64,000 nucleotides of DNA. It comes from Selaginella moellendorffii. Taxonomy: Eukaryota; Plantae; Lycopodiophyta. Below, one piece after another: positions 49,901-61,886 of the stretch. How positions within the stretch are numbered: position 1 is the stretch's first letter; every line of letters begins with the position of its first letter. The notes below the pieces were generated by a model, which worked only from the letters and a program-made list of their open reading frames with translations, did no database searches and was not told where the DNA came from. The stretch is taken from NCBI RefSeq assembly GCF_000143415.4, contig NW_003314460.1:4369-68368 (forward strand), read 5' to 3'. Position numbers and translations under genes: made by a program.

Positions 49901-52900
49901 ATAGCCTCAGCTGCAGAGCATGCAGTTGGAGTGTGGTGACCCAGATAATGATGGAGGTGTGAAAGCACCAAGCAATGAGTTGTAGGACTTGACAACTATA
50001 AGGCAACTAAGCAAGAGGTGCAAAATAACTGGTTAAACGGGTAGAAGGTAGCTACCCAAGACTTCTTAATAGCATAGGGAAGTTGGATATACCCTTACGG
50101 GGGATAAGTTGCTTGTGTTGCGATATAGTAAGTCAATGTCATAAAAGGAAATACTCATTGTCAAGAAAGCCATCATTAGGACACCCGAACACTCTAGAAC
50201 ACCAAAGAGTGGTGTTTGATGTCGCGAGGGCAATGGATAAAGCCCAAGGGACTAAGTCCCTAGCGAATGATGGATAGAAGGTGCTATCCAAATGTCCAAG
50301 GTTGCGGAGACAGGAGAGGACTGTCTACCCGAGTTGGACAAAGCCAAAAATGGAATTTTGGCAAGGCTAGTGATGGGCATGTAAAGGCCCATAAGCAACA
50401 ATGTAATCCCAGTGTGTGGGATTATAAGGTGAGCATACCCGGATTGAGGAACCACTCCCTAGGCTATTGGGTAGGTTCACCCCTAAGAATACTTACTAAA
50501 GCATGATAGAAAGTGCAAAGCTATCCTTCTGGTCTGGAGGAGAATGACCAAAGGAAAGGTGTGAAGCCAAAAAGCAAGAAGTAAGGGGATAGAACCGAAC
50601 CGTAGGAATCAAAGGGCATAACCAAGGTTGGTTATGCCAGCTGGGAGTGGAGAATCAAGTGGGGGCTCGAGGGTGTTGCCGCTAGCAACCGTGATGCCAT
50701 GGAGAGTTTAAAATATGGAATTGTCCATGTTAGACTATGTGGCATTTGGAAGGCTTGCAAAAAGGGAGGCCTTAGCAAGCTGAGGGACAGAGTTCCTTCA
50801 AGGTTCCCAAAGACGATTCTAGGTAGCTTAGTACCTAGAAAGGCCAAGTGTAAATGGTTCATGGAACGCGCGAAATCAGAGTGGCGCAGCAGAAGCGTGG
50901 TCTTGAAGCTTGCCATGAGGCAAGGCTATCAAGGTTAGGGAAGTAGTTCCCGAGTGTTCAAAGAGAGGGCTTTGAACGAAAGTCGATGGTCAAGGACTTT
51001 CACGCTTATGCAGGAACCATGTTACAGTGGTCGGAGGACTTGCCAAGCGAGATTGGCACGTCGGGGGAACAAATACCCTAGTTGAAGGTGATAACTTCAA
51101 AAAGGGTGGGCCATGGGGCCGAGCATGGAGGAGTCCATGCATGATCACAGACATGTCAAGTGAGAGGACTTGGCAGTGTGGAGGAACTAGGTTCCTAAAC
51201 TGTGATCTGTAGCGCGCTTTAAAAATAAGGTGGTGCACCGGCGTGGGGAGTCACGCCAGGCATCTTGTGTGATGCCATCCGTAGATGCATACACGGAGGT
51301 TGGGTTCGAGTCCCGACCCTCTAGTGCTTGGGTTCGAGTCCCAAATCACTAGGGCGTGGTGATGGTTTGGAATATGAGGACACTCATATTTCGGTGGTCA
51401 TGGACTCTCAGTGGGGAGACTGGTTTGGGCACACCGCCAAGCGAGGGATGCCTCGGAGTCGTGATGCACGGTTAGATTGCTTAGTGTGAAAGCTCAGCAT
51501 ATCTAACTTGAACGCTTTGGTGCAAGTGGCACCAAGGACGTGGTGAGTGAGATGGGGACACCTAATCTCAGTTGCTATGAACCCTTGGCCGTAAGGGCTG
51601 GCTTGGGTGCACCGCCAAGTGTGGGGGATGCCCCCGGGGTTATAGTCAACAATTTGAAGGTCTGAAAGACCTAGTACCTATTGGCAAACCTGTTAAGGTG
51701 CCGAGGTGAGATCACTAGGTGATCTTGTGGCTAAATAAGGACAAAGTCTTTGTTTGGGTTAAGGAATAAGGTTCCTAGTTCAAAGTGTTGATTTGAACTA
51801 TTGATGATGGTGTGGCTTGGTCAAGGTGACCAAGTGGGAAAAGCACCTTAGGGAAGTAAGCTATGTCATTGCGATGGCATAGTGTGAGCAAGGAAAGTAG
51901 TCTCTATAAGAGACCCATGGGAGGGTCACAAGTTGGGCTGTGGATAGAGCCCACAGCAGAAGGTGCTAAAGAGACTTGCTAGGGGTGAACACCCTAGTCT
52001 TGGCAAAGCAAAGCCTTTGCTAAGGAATCAAAGGAATACCTCAAGGAGGGAGGTAGACATTCGGTGTTGCTGGGTGCAACCATCAACGGATAGGAGCAAA
52101 AGATGAGTGGCCAGGATAGGGCCGTGGAATCCCTTGGAAGGATTCCAAGTGGCAAAGTTACGCGAGGAACACTAATGTGTTGAACGCTAACAAATTGCGG
52201 GAAAGGAAGTGTGTTTCCAAGGATGGATTCCAAATTGCTCCGATTTGGCGAAAGTGGAAGCTCCAAGGGAGGGAGCGGTAAGGTAGCCAAATGATAGGGC
52301 GATGGACAACCCTAGCACAAAGTGTGATAAATGGAACTTAGTGCCCAAGGTGGCACGAAATAGAAGAGAGGATGATGGTGCCCTCAAGTAATGAACTTCC
52401 TAGGATAGGGAAGTAGAGTTGCACAATCTGTGCAAGGCAAGGTGTTAGAGACACCTAGGAAATTGACTTCCAAAAGTCAAAAGAGTAAAAGTTCCAAGGT
52501 GCAAACATTCAATAGATGGAAATTGAGACTACTCGAGAAGGAGTAGTGGGATTGACTTAGAGAAGGGTCTCTAAGAGGTTTAGCGGGAACTAAACCAATA
52601 AAAGGAGAGAACCACTACATGTGGTCCAATCAGTCTCCAAGTTGGAGAGACTACCCTCCTTAGAGGATATGCAAAAGGCATGGTGAGCCTTCAATGTCCA
52701 ACCATTGACGAATATGGAGAAGGCATGGTGAGCCTTCAATGTCACACCATTGACAAATATTGGCTACGCGCCAAGGATGGAAATGGTAACACATGCGGGT
52801 GTTACTTTATAAAATGGTTCACCGTTCGATAAGGACATCGAACTTCGTCTATGGGTGGTGGAGTTGTGAGACACAAAATCCCTAGGCCCCAAAGTGGAGC

Positions 52901-53099
52901 CGGAAGGGCGCCACATGGTAGTGGCCGAAGCGAGAGCCAAACGAGCGTAACACGTTTGGACCAAAAGCTCCGACTTGAAAAGTCAAGAGCGGGAGTGGAA
53001 CTCCCAACGAAGTGCTCGAGGAACGAGCACGAAGCGAGCAAAAGGCGAGGCTCCAAAAAGGGACCCAAAAGGACCAACACATGACACGTGGGAGTGTCC

Positions 53100-53654
53100 G
53101 AGATGGACTCGAGTTGGAGTCCGAAGTGGAGTCCGAGATGGACCCGAGTTGGAGTCCGAAGTGGAGTCCGAGATGGACCCGAGTTGGAGTACGAAGTGGA
53201 GTCCGAGATGGACCCGAGTTGGAGTCCGAAGTGGAGTCCGAGATGGACCCGAGTTGGAGTCCGAAGTGGAGTCTGAGATGGACCCGAGTTGGAGTCCGAG
53301 ATGGAGTCCGAGATGGAGTCCGAGGTGGACCCGAGATGGACCCGAAATGCAGTTCGAGATGGAGTCCGAGATGGACCCGAGATGGAGTCCGAGATGGAGT
53401 CCGAGATGGACCCGAGATGGACCCGAGATGGACCCGAGATGGAGTCCGAGATGGAGTCCGAGATGGACCCGAGATGGAGTCCGAGATGGAGTCCGAGATG
53501 GAGTCCGAAGTCGAGACCGAGACCGGGACCGAGACCGAGACCAAGACCGAGACCGAGATCGGGACCGAGACCGAGCCCGAGCCCGAGCCCGAGACCGAGC
53601 CCGAGCCCGAGACCGAGCCCGAATCCGAGTCCGAGTCCGAGTCCGAGTCCGAGT
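53100..53654. repeat. Tandem repeat array in 3' LTR-A (5 full 35-bp units plus a partial unit)
   Basis: Same architecture as 38963-39596 with fewer 35-mers and a few substitutions. Confidence 0.95.
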
Positions 53655-55369
53655 CTAGAGCCTGAGAGGGTGAAAGCCCAAAGCGTTCGTCTCCCAGACC
53701 CTGGGGGGTTTGGTGAGCTCCAAAAGTATAGCAGGGGGAGGACTGCAGTGGAGCCAGTTTGGCCAGGAAAGGCCAGTTTTTCCCAGGAAGGCCGGACCCA
53801 GTGCTGGGTGATGAGCTGCCCACTGGGAAGTCCAAGACTAGAGTGAACACAGACCGACAAGCGGGGTAGCTTGGTGAAGTGTTCAAGAGCCGGCTCTAGT
53901 TCCCTCGGGAGATCGACTGGCCGATGCTCCCAGTTCAAGTATGGGTGGCACTACCTACTTGGATACCTGGTGTGGCTCAACGGAACCCGCTCTAAGCCCA
54001 TGGCTAGAGCACCCAAGGGCAGAAGGCGAGGAGAGTACCCAGGTGGCTCGCGTAAGGCCACGGTGTTCCGAAATGTTGTCCCAAAGGCCCAGACTATGGA
54101 AAGGAAGAGGAGCAGTCCTCTGGGGTAGTGACCAAGGACACAGTCGTGTGGTGAGGAAGTCCCAGAGGACCGTGGGACTTAGTGGTCGGGCCTGTGGGCC
54201 TCGATCCAGTGGCAGTGTTGGCAAACACGGCCAGGGGCAGAAAGGGACTTAGTGGGGACTGACAGAGGGATATTGGGGAAGGCTATTCCCCTTGTTGGTG
54301 GGCATCCTAAGGATGCTAAAGAGTGGATCTGAGATGACCACTCACGGATGGGTTACCTAGTCTTGGAGAGCCAAGACTGTGATGCAAGTGGTATTGGACT
54401 ACCAGTGTGGCAAAGGTGATTAGGCATGGCCTTAGCGTAACAGGCTGCTATGTCGGTGGTACCTTTGAGTGTCGGTCGTGGGATCAGACACGTGGAGCAC
54501 TTGGACCAAGTGCAAATGTTGAGTGGCATGGATGCCATTCTTGGGGCTAGCAAATCCCAAGTCCTGGATTGGACTTATGGAGGTTGTGAATGAGACTCCT
54601 CCAAGTGGTCAGAGGTGTGGTTAAGTGACTAAAGTAGAATGGAAAATTTAGTCGCTTACAATGAGGAGATTTATAAATAAAATTTTGTTTAGAAATTATA
54701 GATTGTGCATGTTATTAGCTTCTATGCACTATTTGGCAGAACAAAAAGGGAACACTACATTTAATAGAGTATGCATGACTGTAAGCTTTTAATTTTGTTG
54801 ATGTTTCTTGTAAAAAAAATTATAAATTGAGCTAAAGGACAAAAAAAATGTAATTCAAAATAAAGATATTACATAAACAATAAAAAATTAAAAAAATATT
54901 TTAGAAGAAACTAAAATTTCTTTTCAAGATAAGAGCTTCAAATAGACTTGTTACATAGTTAGNNNNNNNNNNNNNNNNNNNNNNNNNNNNNNNNNNNNNN
55001 NNNNNNNNNNNNNNNNNNNNNNNNNNNNNNNNNNNNNNNNNNNNNNNNNNNNNNNNNNNNNNNNNNNNNNNNNNNNNNNNNNNNNNNNNNNNNNNNNNAA
55101 TCACAACTTGAACAGATGTGTAGGAAGCTGATATATCTATCACATGTAGCCATAAAGATTCGAAAACTACAACAACTTTTGCTTGAAGCACTTGAAAAGA
55201 ATGTGGTAGACAGCAACAAACCTGTACAACGTCGTGAACAGCCGGATGTCTGCCAGAGTGAGCGAGTTGCCACACAAAAATCTCAAGCACTGAAGGTGTT
55301 TCTCAACAGTTTCGAGTTGTTCCCTGTATTATAGAATTAAAAATGAACAATTTTAGAATGGATTAGCAA

Positions 55370-56147
55370 TGGGTTTAAAGAAGATAGCAGAAAAAGAGAT
55401 GCTAAGAGATAGCGAGCTCTTGATAAAGAAGAGATTGAGCTTGCAATCTTGATAAGCAGGATTGAACCACTTACACAGATATCCCAAGAAAACAAAAGTC
55501 GTGATGTAGCACACTAAGGACACAGCAAGCAAGGCATTATACCTGTGAAGTGTGCATCTTGTTCTATGTATAAAAGGTAAAGAAACGAGGAAGAACATTA
55601 CCAGAACTGACTCTCTTTGGCAATCCATGCAGCATTCCAGTTGTATGTCGAGAGTCTTCCTGCCAGAAGAACAAAGAAACTATGGTTATAAATCCAAGAG
55701 AAAAGCACTAGATTTACTGTCAGCATCCACAATGTCATTGGGAAGAAGGATGAGGCAAAGCACAGTGAGACCAGACCAGACGATAAGAGCTTGATCATTC
55801 AGTTGCCACGATGCCAAGAGTCCCTGTGATTTCTTTGGTACTTCCCAAAGCTCTCATGTGTAGAACAGCTTGTGTGCCAAACAAATCCTTCCCAGGCGAG
55901 TAAGGGAAGTGATTAATCCCTGGTCCAAGCGAAAAAAAAAGTAGGTGTTGTTGCAAATCACAAGAACTTACACGGGATTTTCTCACGTGAGGTCATGCAG
56001 CATCCATGCGAGCAGCAAGGAGAGTGCAAAGAGGCTGCAATACCCGATTCTTGCCAATCGGCAAGAGATGCTGCTCGCTAATCCCTCACAAGCCTGGCAA
56101 GCGTAAGCTGTGCAGCCGGATGCTAGACAAAATGTCGCCCACATCAT
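55370..56147 (-). pseudogene. Serinc-domain (serine incorporator) gene, 5' part
   Basis: MWATFCLASGCTAYACQACEGLASSISCRLARIGYCSLFALSL, INHF, WNAAWIAKESQFW|YNALLAVSLVCYITTFVF...DCKLNLFFI; deletions and stops. Confidence 0.88.
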
Positions 56148-56271
56148 CAGATGCTTGCTGGATCAAGAAGCAAAACCTTAGAATTTGATTACATTGTCCC
56201 TCGCTTTAGATTTTTTTTTTATAACACTAATGCCATGTTGTTCTGTTGTAGATTTTCTATCGTTACAGAAC

Positions 56272-56425
56272 TGAAAGGCAGAGAGTTTATGGTTGCAGTA
56301 TTCTTGCAGTGATCTGGGTGGGATAAAATCCTAAACTTTGTGTTGTATAGCTGTTTTACAGTTTTGGAGCCTATTGAAATATCCAGTGTTTGCTCGAAAT
56401 TTCCCAGCGAGGAGCGCACTGGCAA
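56272..56425. repeat. Dispersed duplicate of 63850-64000
   Basis: tgaaaggcagaga.tttatggttgc...ttacagttttggagcc...aaatttccca.cgaggag.gcactg. Confidence 0.8.
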
Positions 56426-56619
56426 TGCAGCAGCTTTGTGCACTGGCGCTCTCAAGTTATCGTCACTGCAGCCACTGATATGAACGTGACTGGCCGCTCA
56501 ATCGATCAGATGCCATATCTGAGCGCCAATGCCATACCATTTTAAGGTTTCTTTTTCCTCCAAGTTGTCCAGATAGCCAGCTGAGTAAATCCCAGGCTGT
56601 TCACTGGGAATCCACAGCA

Positions 56620-57592
56620 GTGTGGCAGTCACTGCCTTCCTGACATTCTCGAGTTTTCTCAAAAAGTGGTATCATGAGACGGTGCTCAAGCCGGGACAGC
56701 CTCCACTTCCACCGGGATCTTTGGCAACGTGGCTGCTTTTCTCAGAGGTTTCAAGTCTGGAAGACCGACTACATTGCAAAGTTGAGTGATCTTGTACTTT
56801 CTTTCGCTTGTTTAACTGTCGCTTTTTCTTGGTTTCAGGTATAATCGAGTGGGTTTTACAAGGCGTTTCTGTTCTGGCAGCATGCAATTTTGTAAAGACA
56901 GCTTTGAGACAGGATGGCCGGAGAGCACTGTTGTGCTCATTGGACGAAATTTGTTTGCAGGGTTAACTGGAAAGAGCCACTTGAAGCTCCAAGCCCGCTG
57001 TGAACAATCCCAAAGCTCTCAAGCAGTATGTGCCCCTCATCGTCAACAACATAAAAGCGTCCCTTGTGAGGTGGTCTACGCAGGATAAGATCGTTCTTCT
57101 TACCAGTAAGCAATTGTCTTAGTTTTCTTGTTGACACTGGTTTTTTCTGATATGACAGTTCACGTTTCTAACTGTCCTCTACATTTTATATGGGAAAGAC
57201 TCCAGTCTCGACATGGAAGAGACTTTCTCCTTCTACTACATTGTCAACCAAGGCATTCAGGCTCTCCCCATCAACTTCCTCGGCACTGCCTACAACAAAG
57301 CCATATGCGCTGTACATAGCTTTGTGACGTTTTCTCATTTTCAGGCCGAGGCAAAAGCTCATCAAGCTTATCCAGGACGTGATCAACCAACGCTTCTGGA
57401 AAGCCGCAGGAAACAAGCATTCTTTCGTTGCTCATGGATCAGCCGGATGACAAAAAAGAGGTGCTGGAAGACGCTCATATCATAGACATGCTCAACATGT
57501 ACATGAATGCTGGTCACGACTCAACGGCTCATGTCATCATGTGGCTGATGATTTCCTAAAGAAAAATCCATGATGCGCTTGAGAAAGTGAAG
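56620..57592 (+). pseudogene. Cytochrome P450, CYP85 clan, CYP88/ent-kaurenoic acid oxidase-like; 5' part without heme motif
   Basis: PPLPPGSL, FETGWPESTVVLIGR, VNQGIQALPINFLGTAYNKA, IIDMLNMYMNAGHDSTAHVIMW (I-helix NAGHES type); frameshifts. Confidence 0.8.
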
Positions 57593-60099
57593 ATAGACAT
57601 TTCCAATTTCATACAAACTTTCCTTCATACAAAATTTCTTCTTTAGGCCACATCCAGACTATTCTGTAAGAGTTTCAAAACTTCTGTAATTAAAAAAGAA
57701 AAAAGTATTCTACTGAATTGTACCTCATACAAGATGATACGCTATGTATTCTCATGCCTCCACTGTTCTAATTCATCTCTGTCGCTTCTGTATTTCGAAG
57801 GAAACACTATTTATAAAAACTCTACATTTATGGTTACCCTTTTCTCCAATGGACCTAATGACGACGTGTTCAAGATAGAGACAAACTGGTAGGTATTCTT
57901 AAAGAACCATAGAACTGAACACCATCTCTTTAAGGGCAATCTATGAGGCGCTTGTGAGGCTCTGAAGTGTTAACCTCCTCTGGATATCTTTCAATAACGA
58001 GAAAAAACCTTTAACCTATGAAAGGTACTTTTTCACTGCTTCTTTCATGTTTTATGGAGTCAAGTTACAGCTTCTGGAATTCTATGAGCAGCATCTGAGG
58101 AATGTCTAGGGAATGAGAAATAGTAAGGTGTAGTATGATATTTTCTTGTTCTAATAAATAGTTAAATAGGAGTACATTGTACTGCCTGTTGTAGCCTTTG
58201 TGGCTTTGCTTGACTACAAAACAATGCTTACAAAGTCAGAATGACACAAGTAGAGATTTCATAAAAAAAGTCAGTCTCTTGCCACTTCACTCTCAAACAA
58301 TGAAAGCAAATAATGAATCACCCAAGACAAAATGTGGAAGAAGAATAGAATTGGATTCAGCACCTTTGCGAATACCCAGACAGACACATATCCTTGCAAG
58401 AGGAAGAGATCTAACATCAGTTGCATTGCCTGACACTAGATTCAGGAGCTTCCTTAGAATGGCTTGTGGTGGCAGGGAGCATAGAAACATGAGTTCAGGC
58501 CACAAAGGTCACCATTTCAATCTTATTATCAAAGGGTCCTTAACAAATGTGTTACAATCCACTGCTACAAAAACTAACATCGTAAATTCGTGCAAATAAT
58601 GGTATCCTAAGATCACAATCTCCTATTTCAATAGTCCAAGCTAACACATTATCGCAAATGAGAAAAGATGAGACCTTGTAGTAAGTAGAAAAATAAGAAG
58701 TTGATGGTTGGCCTAAAGAAGGATTTTAGAGAAAAAAACATATAATGGATTTGGCATTTGAAGCAAGAAAGAATAAGGAAGGTTGCTAATCTTATGAAAA
58801 ACATAGTAGTATTTATATTGGAAAGTAATTTGTTTTCTGCTATTTAGAGAAATCTTTGGTGATGTAGATATTCCAAACATGCAATTCTTACGAATATCTC
58901 AAAAATATCATTATTTTTTTAGAAAACTCTACTCTTGAAGACTTAAGAAACTACAAGAAAAAGCTTTGTTAGCTTCTTCTTGGATATGAAAGAAAAACTT
59001 GAGCTACCTTCTGCAGTTCCATAAGCTAAGGAGTCCTTGCTGGTACATCCAAGCACATGAAGTTCCTTGGGTGTTAAGTCTTATCAAGTGGTGGGCTATT
59101 CAATGAGCATGATCAAAATTAAAAATAGGTTGAGAAAAAGGAGAAACAACATCTCTTACAAATAGCAGATAGGTTTAAAAAAAAAGTTAGAATTTATGCT
59201 AGGGTCCTCCCATGATTAATTTAAATGATGATATTAAAAAATATCACAATAATCCAGATAAATTCAAATAATACTACTTTTTAATTATTGATAATCTAGA
59301 TACTGAATAGTTCTATTACTAATGCGGTAATATTAATGGCATGCATTGGAAATTGGGATTAGAGCAGTAATAAAAAATGGAATTTTGTCACACATAATGA
59401 CATCTTAACACTTCTATGACAATACAGATTTACTTCTTCTGGTAAGAAAAGAAAATCCATTATATCATTCACCATTATAGTGTTCAGAAAATGGTAATAA
59501 TGTCAATAATAAGCACTAATTTATTATACCATGATAATAATAAAACAAAATGATAACATTATATATATATATAAAATATACCTTTTGCAATTACTCTCTG
59601 GAAGAGTTATTTATAATAATAAGGTTTTCAGAAAAACTTTTGGCACTTCAAAGATGAAGAGTTAAAGGAAAAAAGAAATAGAAAAATTAAATATCCAGGT
59701 AAAATTAAAAGTAATGACATCTAATCAACATGAGTATATAATTGTGTATCAAAATAATTTCTAGAAATTTCATTATATTAAATAGTGTCACTAATGTATT
59801 GGTCAGATTTACTAAATAATTGTAATAACACTTCAAGAATTAACAAACTCCAGCTCCACTACAAACTCCAGCTTGAAAACATTTTATGAGTAATTTTATG
59901 TTCTAAATAAATTTATTTATAAACATTAAAAGTTAGTGAATTCACTTCATTTATCTACATATTTATATTAAATGAGAAAAGTAAGGTATAATATATTGTA
60001 CACTTATTGTAATGTGCTGGTTAATGCAACCATGAAGTATTCAAACTTTATTTATAATGATGGGTTTTACAAGATGACAAATAAATATCAAAAATACTG

Positions 60100-61592
60100 A
60101 ATAGAAAATTTAAATATTATAACAAATTAAACATTAGCGATTAAATATTCTTAGTTAAAAACAAAACAGTGGAGTATTTAAAGTAAAAACTAAAACAAAT
60201 GAGTGCTATTTTTTGAAATATAAATTAATAATTATATTTTAGACTAATTTATTTATGTTATTCAGAGAGATGGTTGATGATATAAACATCCAAAACATGC
60301 ACATACTTAAGGAAGTTTTAAAAATGTTATTAGTTTTTTAGGATATTTATAAGTACAATTAATTTTCTACAATTGATTTTTAGACTTCTAGATTTCTACA
60401 ACATTTATATTAATATGTATATTACATGTTAATATAATTTGTATATAACATGTTATAACTATTATCTCTATGATTTGTTTTTTAAAACAGTTGCTATATT
60501 TATGATATGTTTCAATAATATGTTATAATAAATTTAAAAATATAATAAAATATCATTCCTTTTTTTGTTTACATAGCAATATGAGATCTAATTTTATAGA
60601 TTTTATTTTATTTTATTTTAAATTTAAGTATCAATAATATAATATTTAATAGAAGAAAATAAAGATGTATTGAGAATAATGTGCAATAGTAACATTTTAC
60701 TCAGAAAAGATAAGCTTAATAGTCCAATATTTTTTTCTAAATTGAAAATATAAAATAAAATATAAATATTAAGAATATTTAAATAATGGATCCTATACAA
60801 AAAATAATTTTTTTAATATGTGAATATTAATATTATCTACATGTTTATTTTATAACATTAATATTTTTATATAAGATGTTAATCTGTAATTATGTTCTCC
60901 TTTATATAATTGCTGAATAATAAGTAGTTTTGAATCATTCAATAGTAATGTTTTTATAAGTTGGAATGTATAGTTTTATTATAAAGCATTAGTAGAGATT
61001 TGTCTTAATACAATTGTATCTCTAATATAATTATTATTTTTGGATGTACCTCTTTTCAAACACCTATTATGTAGTGTGAGTATCTAGATAGATTTACTTA
61101 TGTTTATTTGTAAGTATAAATCAAGACACATAATAGAAATTCTTTTGTTCTTTATTAGACTATGAAAGTTAAAGGCAGCATTATAGTTCAGATAAAAATA
61201 AATAAAGCTCAGAATGTAATCAAGAAAATAATTTGCCCAAACCTATTTTTTTGGCAGTATATAATTCTTTGGTTTTGTGAAAACGCAATTGTGGTTTTAG
61301 ATCATGGCATCAATCTTGTAGACGTGTTTAGGGTTTTGTATCATTTTATAAAGGCAATAAAAAAATTCAAATTTAAATTTAATGATGATTAAAAAATGAT
61401 CTTATCTTTTCCAAAACTTGCATTTTTTATCTATTTGCATTATTGTACATTTCTTTAGAGGTGAAGAGTAGCAAAATTAAGATAAATTTAACTTTGTATA
61501 CAATCAAAATTTCTAACATTGTAAAATTAGAAAAGAAGATGTATTTATCTTAGGTATACTATATCTCCCAGCGGAGCTGGGGTCTCTGCTAG
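60100..61592 (+). mobile_element. Non-autonomous Helitron-like unit, family B
   Basis: Ends CCCAGC-GGA-GCTGGG (61567-61581), gtctctg, CTAG(61589-61592)|T; body shared with 32.8-33.6 kb and 14.5-14.9 kb. Confidence 0.8.
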
Positions 61593-61815
61593 TACTCCCT
61601 TATTTAAACGTGCTATTGGCATATGGCATCCGGCGTCTTTTATTCCATTTTTAGAATATTATTTCTGAATATACTTATAATCTAACGGTTCAAATTCAAA
61701 AACTTCAAATAGACGGCATAGATCAAGTGCCAAAGGGGTGGCAACGCTTCAATGTGATTTTAATGACGTTCCAAATCAAGGAATTTTTTAGGGCAGATTG
61801 TGAGCTGCAAGCTCA

Positions 61816-61884
<69 letters not shown>
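61593..61884 (+). promoter_or_regulatory. Recurrent promoter-like cassette, copy 4, plus (TC)n(CA)n
   Basis: TCTAACGGTT at 61681-61690; microsatellite ~61821-61884; followed by exon-like fragments. Confidence 0.5.

Positions 61885-61886
<2 letters not shown>

Larger units (their letters stand above)
38728..54660 (+). mobile_element. LTR retrotransposon A, non-autonomous (LARD-like, probably Ty3/gypsy-derived)
   Basis: TG...CA termini; TSD ATGAG (38723-38727 / 54661-54665); 5' LTR 38728-39812 + 47947-48752; PBS TGGTATCGGAGC 48756-48767 (tRNA-iMet type); PPT-like 52851-52864; 3' LTR 52865-54660; no gag/pol ORF. Confidence 0.95.

Noticed and set aside
51298-51345. A tRNA gene
   Set aside because: Only T-arm-like hairpins; no acceptor stem, D-arm/A-box or anticodon arm geometry.
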